From assembly GCA_905178155.1 (NCBI GenBank), contig CAJINV010000003.1:5919985-5983984 (forward strand): a stretch of 64,000 bases of DNA, in the 5' to 3' direction. The DNA comes from Amoebophrya sp. A120. Its lineage: Eukaryota; Protista; Dinoflagellata. Position 1 is the first letter of the stretch. Each line of letters opens with the position of its first letter. Under the pieces are notes generated by a model. The model saw only the letters and a list, made by a program, of their open reading frames with translations, was not told where the DNA came from and did not search any database. Made by a program: the position numbers and the translations under genes. Of this stretch, positions 46,079 to 57,629 are shown piece after piece.

Positions 46079-49000
46079 TATTGAGAGGCAAAATCCCCCC
46101 TCCCCATATCGAAAAGGTATGTTTTCAAAAATTTGTGTTGCGGATTTGAGGCCACAAATCGCATCTGTCTTGCAAGAAGACAACTCCACAGGCTCTGCCG
46201 CATTATGCAGGCGGTTTGTGATGCTCTTGGGCCTACAGCATAGTCGTTTTTCATGCAAGGCGCCTAGGCCAAAAGCTCTCTACTCAGGCTTGGCAGGAGC
46301 CTGCAGTCCTCTACTGCAAGACAAACCTGATTTGTATACGCAAATCCAGCATCAGAAACTTCCTTTTCGATATGGGGAGGGGGGATTTTTCATTTTGATA
46401 CGTTCATGCGCTTGATTCATTTCCACGAGAGAAACGTTTTAGCAATGAGAGAATGCTGTATAACTTGACACTACGCAGTTGGTAGCAGTAGTCAGTTAGA
46501 GAGAGTGGCATAATCTCTACAATGACTAGCTAAAAGTCAGAAAACCCATTATCTAATAGTATCCCGCAATAAAAACAAAGAATAGAAACGAAAAACAAAA
46601 ACAAAGAATGGAAACGAAAAACGAAAACAAAGAATGGAAACAAAAAACGAAAACAAAGAATGAAAACAAAAAACGAAAACAAAGAATAGAAACGAAAAAC
46701 AAAAACAAAGAATGGAAACGAAAAACGAAAACAAAGAATGAAAACAAAAAACGAAAACAAAGAATGAAAACAAAAAACGAAAACAAAGAATAGAAACGAA
46801 AAACAAAAACAAAGAATGGAAACGAAAAACGAAAACAAAGAATGAAAACAAAAAACGAATAGAAACGAAAAACAACAACAACGAAATGCAGACAAAGTGC
46901 CCAAGCTTCTAAGCGGCGAAGCCTCGAAACGATGAGGCCTCGAAACGCCGAAGGAAGCAGCGAAGCCTCGAAGCAGCGAAGCGTCGAAGCAGCAAAGCCT
47001 CGAAGCAGCGCAGCCTCGAAGCCGCGCAGCCTCGAAGCCGCGCAGCCTCGAAGCAGCGAAGCCTCGAAGCAGCGAAGCCTCGAAGCAGCGGAGCCTCGAA
47101 GCACCGAACAAGCAACGAAGCCTCGAACAAGCAGCGAAGCCGCGAACTTTTTTTCTTCGATACACGACAAAGAGCTCGCAGTCCTCGTCGTCCCCGGTCT
47201 TCGCTGCAGCTCGCCGGCGTGCCTACGTTCATGCATCATGTGTAAATCCGAACCAACAAAGCCAAAAGAACAGCTTATTCGCGAACACTAGCACACGGCG
47301 CGAACAGAGAGAATCCAAAACCCCACCTCTGTGAGCACGGTAAACTTCCAGACCTAAGTACCTCCCAAGAGCAGACCGCCGATGGACGAGGACTCATCTC
47401 GTCCAACTGAAATTACACACAAAGCCCGTCCCTTACTGGGCGGCAAAGAAGCCTCGCGGAAAACCAAAGCAGAAAAGTTACTTCCTCAGAAGAGCAAAGG
47501 AGCCTATCGGTATCAACCCTGATTCAGAGTGGCAAACCACCTCCCCACCTGGGGAATTCACTTCATATGAAGCCAGCAACCCAACACAGAGGCGAGGCAC
47601 GCACCTGGCGTGAATGCTGTTCCCACGACAGCTACAAAGCAAGGGATCCGCCTCAAGCGGGCCGCGCAGCCACTAGACCAGAGCGAACAGCGGGCGATCC
47701 CCGAGCACGTCAGGCTCCATCATGCCGGCGAGTGTGACGTGGCTACCCCCAGAACCATCACCGCCGTGATGAACGATAGCGCGCCCACCTACTGACACTG
47801 AGCGTAAGCCTCGGCCAACCGCGCCTCTAAACCTAAAGGGAAGACACAGATAAGGTGGCGTACGCATGAAGAGTAAATCAGAGAAAGCGCAGCCACGCAT
47901 AAAGAGCAGCCACGCGTGGCACGTGCTAACACCTCATCCGAGAGCCGCGTAACCATACCGAGACGAAACGCCGCCCAACCCCGAGCGATTCTTGTCGATA
48001 TATCCGACCAGAGGAACACTTAGTGCGCGAAGAAGCGGCGAAGGTTGCGTCCTACCCCCAAGCCAAGTGCTACGGACAAATCCCCTGCAGAGCGAAACGG
48101 TCTAGCAACCGGCGGCGCAAAAATCCGCAAGCCAACGAGCTCCAAACTCCGGAAACGGCCCCCCGCATGGGAAAACAGGCACAGAGTTGGCGGCAGGGCA
48201 GCGCTGAGGCCCCCCAGGAGGCCCTCCAAAAGCCGGAAAAACTACGACAGTAGATGCGTCCTGGCCCAGTTCCCTTCCGGAGAAAATGTCGCTAATAGAA
48301 AAAGACAAAGAGCTCGCGGTCCTCGTCGTCCCCGGTCTTCGCTGCAGCTCGCCGGCGTGCCTACGTTCATGAAATGAAAATAACCAAGGTCAGAATGACG
48401 CCCCTTGTCGAATACAACGGAGCAAAACCTTGCAAGTAGACCTCGAGAAAGAAGCCTGCAATAGCAAGCACACCTCGAAAATGAGTAATAAAGTGAGACC
48501 CACAAGAAAACCAAAGCCGGCAGAAGCCGGAAAATAGAGTAGAAAAGCAGCCTGCAGCTAGGCCCTGAAATCCTTCTCCGCACCCGGGAGAACCTGGGAC
48601 AATAGACTTCTCGCCCTCACAAGTGGAAATCCAAGAGAACCCACTCCCCGAGCGGGGAGAGTGGAGAAACCCCCGAAGAAACGGCATAAACGCGGCTGAT
48701 GCTCCCTCACCAGCACGAGAGATGTGTGGCGATAAACTGCAGGACTGAAACACGCTCGCTGAGTGACGCAAGGGGGATACTCCGACTTGTACGGGAAAAG
48801 CGCGAATGCGAAATCAAGCAGAAACTCACTCCGCCATCACAAACGGATGCGGAAATCAAATAAAATCGACCCCGAAGGGGAAATGGATTCCCGACTGTCT
48901 CCTCGCAAGGGGGGAATAGGGGGCCACTCCCTGTCGTCCCCGGTCTTCGCTGCAGCTCGCCGGCGTGCCTACGTTCATGCGCTTGATTGTGAAGTGCAGT

Positions 49001-50965
49001 GAAGTGAATATGCAATGTCCAGGTTCTCCTTGGGATTCTAGGATTGCCAGGGTGTGGACCAGAATCAGTAACCAAACCGGCAGGGGGGAACAAGGTTCTC
49101 ACAGTAGGTTGCCAGGGAGGCGAGCCGGGCCCAGGCCCACCGGGATGGTGGCGGGACAAGCGGTCGACCCCGAGGAACTGTGTGAGGCAGACCAGGTTCC
49201 TATTTAACCCCCCTCCCTTCCGACACCGATGGGTGGGGGCGGGCCGGTCAGGAGGACCGACAGCGCACCGTCCTCAGGGGGGGAAGCAAGGCGATAAGGT
49301 GATCCAAAACACTACCCCCAACCGAGAACAGAGATTCCTGCACTGATTTTTTGACCGTCAGGTCGATTGGGTACGGGTAGGCGGGATGAAGAAGAACGCA
49401 TGACAAAAGAGAGCAGCTCCCGGGTGGGAGGGAAATCCAGAGCGGGCAACGTCCATCATGGGTGTCCCGCGCGCTTGTGCATGTCATGCAACGCAATTGA
49501 TTTTCCGAAACCTACTTCAAAACAAAACGCACACACAATGTGGGGAGGACAAGCACCTGGCAAAAGATATGCCCTGGTGGATACGTCAGCCCATGCATGC
49601 CTTGAGCTAGACAAGCAGCGTCAACATGCATCGACGAGAGAGTCCGGAAAATCAACAGCCGCCACTCCCTAACAAGTTGCAGGAGATGCACAGCGCATAT
49701 TCTGGAAGAAATCACGCAAGGCAGGGAACGAGGGTGGGGAGGGTGACGGAGGGCTACTCCATGGGCAAGGGCCAGATACGGACACAAGACCTGGCAAGGC
49801 TGAATAGACTGGGCGAGGCAACAAACAGCTCGCAGTCCTCGTCGTCCCCGGTCTTCGCTGCATCTCGCCGGCGTGCCTACGTTCATGCGCTTGATTTCGA
49901 TGCGTTCCTTCCGAGTGTTATCCAGAGCAAACACCCAAGCGGCCCGTTGGACCGCGCCTGATGGGGCTGGGCGAAGCAGGCCGGGCCCAGCTTCCGTAGC
50001 GGGGTCCGGCCCACTCCACCACCACCTGGCCCCCAGGGCAAGACCCCCCAGAACCCCACCTCCGGTGGTTGAATGGGGGGAAACGCGCCAGCCCCAGCCC
50101 CACTTGCCCCCACGGGGAAGACAGGCAACCGACCGAAGCCATCCTGCAAAACATGCTAAACGGCAGCACAAAGACGCTCGGCAGCAAAACATGCTAAACG
50201 GCTGCAAAACATGCTAAACGGCAACCTCCGGACGCCGCTCGGCGGGGCTCAAGAGCTCGAAATCTTCCAGCAAGAAAAATAACCCGAGAGAGAGGGCGGA
50301 AAGGAACCGTGGCGCAGAATCCGAACAAAACAATGACTACAGACCACGAGTTGGTGGACCGATGGGTGGGACAGACTGGCTCGGCCTGGGAAAGGACACA
50401 ACGAGCAGCAAGCTAAGAAAACAATGGACCCCCACCATCCGCGGGGTGCCGCCAAAAACTCGCTTACCCGCCCTACCGAGGGTTCCCTTCTCCTCAACAA
50501 CCCAGCTCGAGGACTGGTTGAGGCGGACCCTAATCGAGTCGCCGCCCCCAGGCAACCAGATAGGCAAACATCCCCCTGCCCCCACCATGGGCAAACGCAA
50601 GCGAACAAACAAAACTAGAGCCCCACTCAATGGGAACAGAGGACGAAACGTAGACACTGAACCGCCGGCCATAGCCTGGGGACAAGTTCGCAAGGGTAAC
50701 GGATTGGATACCGCCAGTGCCAAACGACCCCTGTTCCCGAAGCAAGGCGGGACCGAAGTAGAGCAGAGCTCGCAGTCCTCGTCGTCCCCGGTCTTCGCTG
50801 CAGCTCGCCGGCGTGCCTACGTTCATGCGCTTGATTCATTTCCACGAGAGAAACGTTTTATCAATGAGAGTGAGAATGCTGTATAATTTGACACTACGCA
50901 GTTGGTAGCAACAGTCATTTAGAGAGAGTGGTATAATTCTAGAACACATGATGAATTTTTTCTAC

Positions 50966-53540
50966 TCAGACCAACAACACGGTCACGGAATCAAGAGATA
51001 CCTGCTCGCTCATCCAGGCCTGTAAACTGGCAGGCCGCGCTGCGAAAGTGCCAGAACCAGCCGGCGAGTCGGGAGAAGAGGACTCTGGACCGCGTGATGA
51101 CGTTGATGTCTCTCCTGAGGGAAAATAAACAACGTCCCTAGCCCAGCTGAAAAATGCTTGCACGATGCCCCCCTCCGAAACGGGGCTGACGCTGCTCGCG
51201 GGCGAAACGGTTCGACTGGAAATCTTCCGCAGCTTGCGCAGTTCGTGCCGTTTCTCCAGCAGTGCTAGCCGATTTCCGGCGTTTTTGAAGCGGAATGTTT
51301 CGATGGTGGACGTGGCCGTTGGCGGCGACTTTCCGTCGCGATGATCTTGGACAGAAGTCGCGTTTTTTGCGCTCAGACTCAGCCAGCGCGCCACGTCGTC
51401 GTCTTCCTCCGAGAATTCGGCTGACTTGAAGACCTCCTGCCATTTCGCTTGCAACGCGCTGAGCATGTGTTCTACGACCGCTTTTATGCGTACATCCAGT
51501 ACCGCGAGCTGGACACCTAACCACTCCTGCCAAGTCAGCCGGGCTTCTTGTCGTCGCCGAGCTGGAAGCCCACCCGCCGTCGTCGGGACAAAGGGCGCGG
51601 CTCGACGACCTTGAAAACGTGGTTTGTGGAGGTTAGACTCCGTGTCTCTTCGAAGATTTTCACTGCATGCAATCCTCGGGAACTACGGCTGCGTTCGTAT
51701 ATTGCAACAAGAACTACAACTCGGCGGCTACTCTCCAAGCGAGACGAGCTACGTACGTACACAGTGGGGATGAAATTTCTAAAAAACTATCATCTATAAA
51801 AATTTTCTATACGAGCTAGGAGGAGCGTGAAGGGATCCTCGCCGTTGCGACTCGCTCGGCAGGCTTCGCGAAAAGAGGCCTTGTCAGCGGCAAAGCCGAT
51901 GCAGATGGAAAGGATGGAGAGCAGAACAGCCAGAATCACGAAGGCCACACGCTCTCCGCACTTGCGGACCTTGGCCCTCGCGCCTACCGTGCACGAACTG
52001 CCTTTTTTCATGGTAAGTCCAGGCGTTATTTGCGTCTGCGCGTAGTCCTGCTCCATCACCCCGCCGCCGCCCAACTGGATAATTATCGGCTGCTCCTCGG
52101 GGTCGTCCCCACCACCCATTTCCGGGTCGGTGCTCGGCTCGGCAATCTGCAACACAATGTCGCCTCCTATGCCGGCAGTGGCCTGTTGGATCATCTCGTG
52201 CAGTTGCTCGCTGATCACGATGCCTCCGTCCTGAGTTATGGTAACGGCGGACGCAGGGATGTGCACGATCGTCGGGCCGCCAGTCGGGAGAAGAGTTCCA
52301 CCTGCTACGCCGCCGCCCCCAAAAAGTGGAACCTGTTGCGACATCGCTGGATCTGGAGTTCTATTGCCTGCCGCGGAAGCCAGATCGAACGCTGCCCCCA
52401 AACTCGGATCATCCAAGGCGGAGGGGAGAGGCGCCGCCGCAAACTCAAGAGGGGGAAGGGGCCCTTCGGGAAACCAAGCTTCATTTGTGGACGCCCCAGG
52501 AGCGGGATCAGTTCCTGCCAGAGGAGGTTGTGCTGCATCTTCTGAGTTCTTCTTGTTCTCGGCCTGTAGTTCTTGTTCCTGCCTTTGCGCAATCGTGTAG
52601 GACGAACAGGAACCGCAGAAGTAAGAAGCGACGAAGCGAACGGGCAGAACGCCAAGGGACCGCGTGCTGGAGACTATCACGGCAGAGCCGACAAGAATCC
52701 CGATGAGAACTGCACAGAAGGAGACCAGAGGGCGCGCTCTTTTCTTGGTCATCAGGACCGCCAAGTCGCTTGTGCCTGCGTGAGTCGGTCGGAGCCCCTT
52801 GGACGCGCTGAGCATGGTGCTGCGCGGAAATGGCAGACGGATTGATGTTGACGGGGAAGATGAAGATGTTGCTCCGAACGAGGCTGCAGCTGCTGGTCCC
52901 GAAGGAGCGCCCGATGTTGTAAGGAGCTGGTGTCCGCCTCCGCTGCTGGCCGTGGAATTGCTGTCCAGGAGGCTAGTACCGGTCGCCGCCAAGGGAGGTG
53001 GGCCCAGTTGCCCCAAGCCACCTCGAGCTCTACCTAGTGCTACCGAAGAACCGGACATTGACGCGGGCCCCGGAGGCGCGGGAACGCCCGGTCGCTCCTG
53101 CCCACCCAAAACCTTTGCCAGATGAACCGGCCGGGTGGCCATCCGCTGGGCGAGCAAACTTTTTGCGGTGCCAGATGCTGCGCCCCGTGCAATTCGTCGT
53201 GTGAGTTTCGAGGCGGCGGGGGCGGCAGCGCCACCTGAGTGTCGTGGGTGCTTTGTGCCGTAACGTTTGTCCAAGCGGAGAAAAAAGTACGAGGACCGCA
53301 GACTGAAGTTGCTCTCAATAACTCTACCTGCGAATCGTACAACTTGCATATGCATATATTAGCAGGATTCTGTTCGTGTTCTTGGAATGTGAAGATCATG
53401 GTCATGCATACAAAACAAAGGCACGTATTAAGGGCACCTGCTCCACTACCGGCCGCAGGCTCGTCGCCATTGTTCGAAAAACCGTCCGAGGTAGAGCTAC
53501 TCGATACCGATACCTCCTCAGGATTTGGCACAGTGGTCAT
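50966..53540 (-). CDS. Hypothetical membrane protein (two TM segments); exons 53540-53438, 53234-51813, 51609-50966
   Basis: GT-AG introns 53235-53437 and 51610-51812 join three ORFs in frame (GAG|GAAAP; LLAR|RRAAP). Hydrophobic helices LVSFCAVLIGILVGSAVIV and VAFVILAVLLSILSICIGF. Confidence 0.72.
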
Positions 53541-54524
53541 GATTTTTGTTCCCAAGACGGAGCCGTGGCAGGGGAGCGGTTGTCCTTAAAGAGCAGGTGT
53601 TTGTTGTTCATCGTGACACCAACGCGGCCGCACACGGACATAGTTTATTTATCTATGTTTTCTCTATAACTAGATCTTCATCTGCCTCTGCAACGTCGAT
53701 GTCTTTCTGCTTCTCAATTTCCGAAGCTACATCTGCAGCGCATTGAATTTAATTATGTCTGGAGACGAAGAACTGCTTAGAAAAGTTCTACCAGTACTTC
53801 TCCCATGTCTTGCTACGTATTGGTCCATACTCAATGCTTGGCGTTATTTCATGCAGCCAAAACAGCCATAAACAGTGACGAAAGGTTAAAAACGCAACCG
53901 GAACGATGTTACGTATTTCTAACTACGGCCATATTTCTAGCAAGCTCAGAGCTGCGGCTGCGGCATGTAGGCAGCATGGCCATGGTATTTCAACTTGTCC
54001 TTGCCGCTTTGTGACACTACTTCCCGATAATTCATCTCAGGTATGCCGAAGAAGGCAAACTCTATGATGTCGTGGGCCAACATTTTATCTTCGCACTTTT
54101 GCAAAACTCAGGTCCTACTCGTTGAAAAAGAGAACAGAAAACTCACAAAGAAGCGAAGCAGACACGAACACACAAAGGCAAAGCTCAAGTAGACGAGCTT
54201 GATGCCGATTTGGTGTGCTAATGCTAGATAGCGGTAGCACTAGCACTTACTGTTTTCTGAAAGGAAGTTTCAATTATAGATGGAAGCGTTCGATGAGAAA
54301 GGATGCGCGTCGCAAAGGAGATCGCCATGAAAACTTGTCATCTGTCGTGTGGATCTATGAGTTCAAATTAGGTTCGGTTGCGATATGAAGACAAGCATTA
54401 GAGCCAGAAAACGACTTCGTCCATCTCCATGTCGTCCGCCTCGAGCCAGGAGGCGATTCTATCTAGCAGTTTACATTTTTTCCCGAGAGTTTTTCTGCTC
54501 GCTCAACCTGTGGTCGTGCCAGCC

Positions 54525-57500
54525 TTACGGCCTCGGTACGTTCGACGCAGAGGTGGCCGGCGTGCATGTGTTGTTAGAGGTTCTTTGTAGGCAGCGCAGA
54601 GCGTAAACTATTGCAACCGCTGTCCACATGGAGGCAAACGCGTCGGTACCGGTGCGCTTCAAAACCGCTAGAAGGGAGAGAAAATGGCCGCGCAGGTTCG
54701 TCGTGGAGTTCTTCGTCGCACTCGTCGAGGCGAGACTACTGCTACTCCCTGCAGCAGCTTTTGTCGCCACTGGAAGAAGAGCCACCGCACCTCGTTTGCA
54801 GAGGAACAAAACGCCCCACGCGAGGTAAAACTTCCAGTTACTCGTCAAGCTGTCTTGAATCTCTTTGCGTCCGAGCTTCTGCGCAGTCAGCCAAGCGGTC
54901 TTCCAGACAGACGCAAGCAGTTGCGTTACCCTCTTCCGCACCAGGCCGTGCAGAATCGGCACAATCCGCGGGCGCCCGTACTTGTCCAGGAGCGGGTGCT
55001 GCTGTGCCCTCTTGCGTGCGAGATTTTGCAGCTTTGTAGGACCGTCGATATTATCGCTATGCCGTCTTGTTGTAGTCTGCCTTGCTCTATTACCCTCGCT
55101 CGTTTCATCGGCCTCGTCTGGAGAGCAGTAAGCGTGTGCGTCAACTTCTGAAACGGGTCTAAAGGGACTGGGCGTTCCAGGTGCAAGACGACTGCCAACG
55201 GGACTGCCGTCGGGTCCGGAAATAGTCGCTGCCTGCAGCCTGTCGTCATCCGGTTGTTCGCTATTCCGCTTCACTTCAGTTGCAGAATTCATCTCATCTG
55301 CGGGACTATTCAATGCACTCGGGGCGTTGATGCGACCGACTGCGCTCAAAAGCATGCCTCCGAAGGTGCCATCACTTTCAGCGTCGTGAAACTCGTAAGA
55401 GGATTCTATCTGGTGCTCGGCAGAAACAAAAGTGCTGTCCTTCTTCACGTTCTTCTCGGGACCAACCGGAAGATGAAATGTTGATGTTATTCCGTTGTCG
55501 TTTTCCTGTAGTACCTGTTCCGAGGTGTGATTTGGCATGATCTTTGGAACCGGACGCGACCTCGGGTCCGTCGCTGCTGCACCGCCAGCCTCGTATTCCA
55601 ACATTCCCGTGGCATTTTTGGGAAAAAGTTTTCGAAAAACCTTGCGGAAGAACTTCTGTGGGCTGAGCGCAAAGAAGCGGATAAACGTGGGGTGGCAGCC
55701 CGCTAGCACCTGCTGCGCTTCCTCCGCACTGAGTGAGAAATTGACGAGGATGAAAAGCCGCTTCACGTGGTATTGCAGGTCGCCGCGTTTCAATCGGCGT
55801 ATGAGCAAGTCCAGCAGACTGAGTTCCTCCTCCGCGAACAGCGCGTGGAGGGCCTGGTGAATCTTCGGCAAATTCACCCACTGTACGAAGCCCGTCCAGA
55901 CCGTCAGCCATCCACACCACAACAAAAAGAAGCACATCACGCTGATCCAGGTGCAGTTGAGGAACAGAAAGGCAAAGAAGGAGAGAATCATCAGGGTGCA
56001 CCCGATCCGAATGGCCCCGCGCTCGTACACCAGTTCGACGACCCAGAAGGCGACGTAGTCGGGGAAGTGGCCAAGTTTCTTGTTGAATCTGCGTGGGACG
56101 AAGCGGTACCGCACGTATTGCAGTGCCTTTTCCTTGGTCCGCCAGTGGCGGGTGCACGACGAGCAAATTCGCCCGAGCCCGAGATTCGAGGCGACGAAAA
56201 CAACGGGCGTGGTGATGAGGTGGAGAACTTCTACCCCCGTAGAGGGCGGCGATCTTTTGCTTGCTTTCCTAGAAGAATAACCATTCTGTCGGGGCGAGGA
56301 TCCGGACATGGAGATCATGTGCGCTTCATGCTGTCCTCGTCGTAGATCATGATGGCTCGTGGCATGGAAGAATAAGTTTTCATCACGGGGAGTCGGGGGG
56401 ACTGAAGACGCCTTGGATGATGCCGAGGAGGAGGCGCTGCTCCGACTCCACGGTAGGTCCTCGTGGTGGTCATCGTCCAGCGAGATTTTGGCGCGCGCAC
56501 TGCGATCAAAAAGCGGACTACTTGCTTTATTGTGCCCGCGCCGTAGCTCCGTGCTCCGCTTCCGCGGCTGGAGGGGACTACCGGCAAAAATACCAGTCGG
56601 CGATTCCGAAAAGTCCATCTCGCGCACGGAATCATCGGCTTCATCCACGCCAATTCGCCGGCCCGGGCCGCTCTCGTCCGTGGTCTCATCAAACCAGCGC
56701 AGCAGCAAGTCGTGATTGGCAAGGCTGAGAGTGGATGTGGTCGTCTCATTGTTCATCTTGCTCTTGGTCGATGACAGGAAACATAATTGTTCCTGGTGCT
56801 GATTTTGATTTTCGGGCACGGGCCTGGTATAGCTTTTATTCTGCACCTGCCCACAGTCTGTATTGCTCTGGGTCTGGAACAAACTTCGAGTTGTGCTGGA
56901 TGAAGACGATGCACTTTTCTCGCACGACAAGAAGGGTGGCCGCATCGACCGGGCGGGTGAGGATCCGTGCCGGGAGGTTTTGGTTTCGCTCGATTTTTCT
57001 GTCGACGGGTTTTGCAACCTCTGCGGTTCTTCGTTCTCCAGGTCCAGCCCGCCGGTCGCGAAGGTGAAGCTGCGGGGGTCATGATAAGTACTATCCCAGT
57101 GTGAGCTTGACGAGCCTGTGGTCACCAGTTCCTCACAACCTGGCGCCATCTCCTCGTCTTTCTGCCTGGTACTTGAAGACACGTACTGTCGCCCTGCGGC
57201 GGTTCTTCGCACGTTACTGCCGTTGATGTTCACAGCGCTCCCTTGTTGAGACTTGTCGCGCTCGGTTCCTGGCGGACTTTCTGCGTCCTCGACATAACCA
57301 GCTGAGGCGAAGTAGACGCTGGTTTGCTTGAGAGCCACAGTGTCGCGTTGACTTGCAGAATCCTCGTGCTGCATTAGAGCTGTATCGTCGACTACAAGAG
57401 CATGTTCTGTTTGGCCAAAAGCGCCGCTACTGAACCTGTGGTCTCCACGCAGCTCCTCGTTCTCCGCCACCATTGTTTGGGGAAATGCCACTTCGCAGCC

Positions 57501-57629
57501 GGCGCCGCTTTGAATGTCTTTCGACGAACAGGGTGTGCAATCTAGGGTGGTAATGGTACTAATGCCGTCGCCATCCTCGAGCTCGGCCTCGTCGGCGGTT
57601 GAAGTCACGGTGGTCGCCAGCTTCATCAT
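54525..57629 (-). CDS. Hypothetical membrane protein of ~1030 aa
   Basis: Single long ORF with a low-complexity N-terminus and a central hydrophobic block (IGCTLMILSFFAFLFL...FFLLWCGWLTVW). No family recognised. Confidence 0.7.
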   Translation of the reverse strand: MMKLATTVTSTADEAELEDGDGISTITTLDCTPCSSKDIQSGAGCEVAFPQTMVAENEELRGDHRFSSGAFGQTEHALVVDDTALMQHEDSASQRDTVALKQTSVYFASAGYVEDAESPPGTERDKSQQGSAVNINGSNVRRTAAGRQYVSSSTRQKDEEMAPGCEELVTTGSSSSHWDSTYHDPRSFTFATGGLDLENEEPQRLQNPSTEKSSETKTSRHGSSPARSMRPPFLSCEKSASSSSSTTRSLFQTQSNTDCGQVQNKSYTRPVPENQNQHQEQLCFLSSTKSKMNNETTTSTLSLANHDLLLRWFDETTDESGPGRRIGVDEADDSVREMDFSESPTGIFAGSPLQPRKRSTELRRGHNKASSPLFDRSARAKISLDDDHHEDLPWSRSSASSSASSKASSVPPTPRDENLFFHATSHHDLRRGQHEAHMISMSGSSPRQNGYSSRKASKRSPPSTGVEVLHLITTPVVFVASNLGLGRICSSCTRHWRTKEKALQYVRYRFVPRRFNKKLGHFPDYVAFWVVELVYERGAIRIGCTLMILSFFAFLFLNCTWISVMCFFLLWCGWLTVWTGFVQWVNLPKIHQALHALFAEEELSLLDLLIRRLKRGDLQYHVKRLFILVNFSLSAEEAQQVLAGCHPTFIRFFALSPQKFFRKVFRKLFPKNATGMLEYEAGGAAATDPRSRPVPKIMPNHTSEQVLQENDNGITSTFHLPVGPEKNVKKDSTFVSAEHQIESSYEFHDAESDGTFGGMLLSAVGRINAPSALNSPADEMNSATEVKRNSEQPDDDRLQAATISGPDGSPVGSRLAPGTPSPFRPVSEVDAHAYCSPDEADETSEGNRARQTTTRRHSDNIDGPTKLQNLARKRAQQHPLLDKYGRPRIVPILHGLVRKRVTQLLASVWKTAWLTAQKLGRKEIQDSLTSNWKFYLAWGVLFLCKRGAVALLPVATKAAAGSSSSLASTSATKNSTTNLRGHFLSLLAVLKRTGTDAFASMWTAVAIVYALRCLQRTSNNTCTPATSASNVPRP

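Larger units (their letters stand above)
38911..50936. repeat. Array of a conserved 42-90-bp anchor (CAF1 5' coding segment; some copies extended to ~500 bp) alternating with 0.5-1.3-kb non-coding cassettes
   Basis: Core ctcgcagtcctcgtcgtccccggtcttcgctgcagctcgccggcgtgcctacgttc recurs in copies starting at 39929, 40977, 42253, 43558, 44187, 45075, 46019, 47146, 48304, 48933, 49821 and 50765, all in the same orientation. Confidence 0.95.

Noticed and set aside
39417-47291. ORFs of 170-258 aa rich in F/V or RGFAAS repeats
   Set aside because: They are translations of minisatellites and introner sequence, open in several frames on both strands.
41636-50886. Short ORFs within the cassettes
   Set aside because: They are short and overlapping on both strands with no motifs, and recur only because the DNA is duplicated.
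38911-50936. True CRISPR array
   Set aside because: The repeat is a host exon with ragged ends, spacers are 0.5-1.3 kb, no cas genes are present and the context is eukaryotic.
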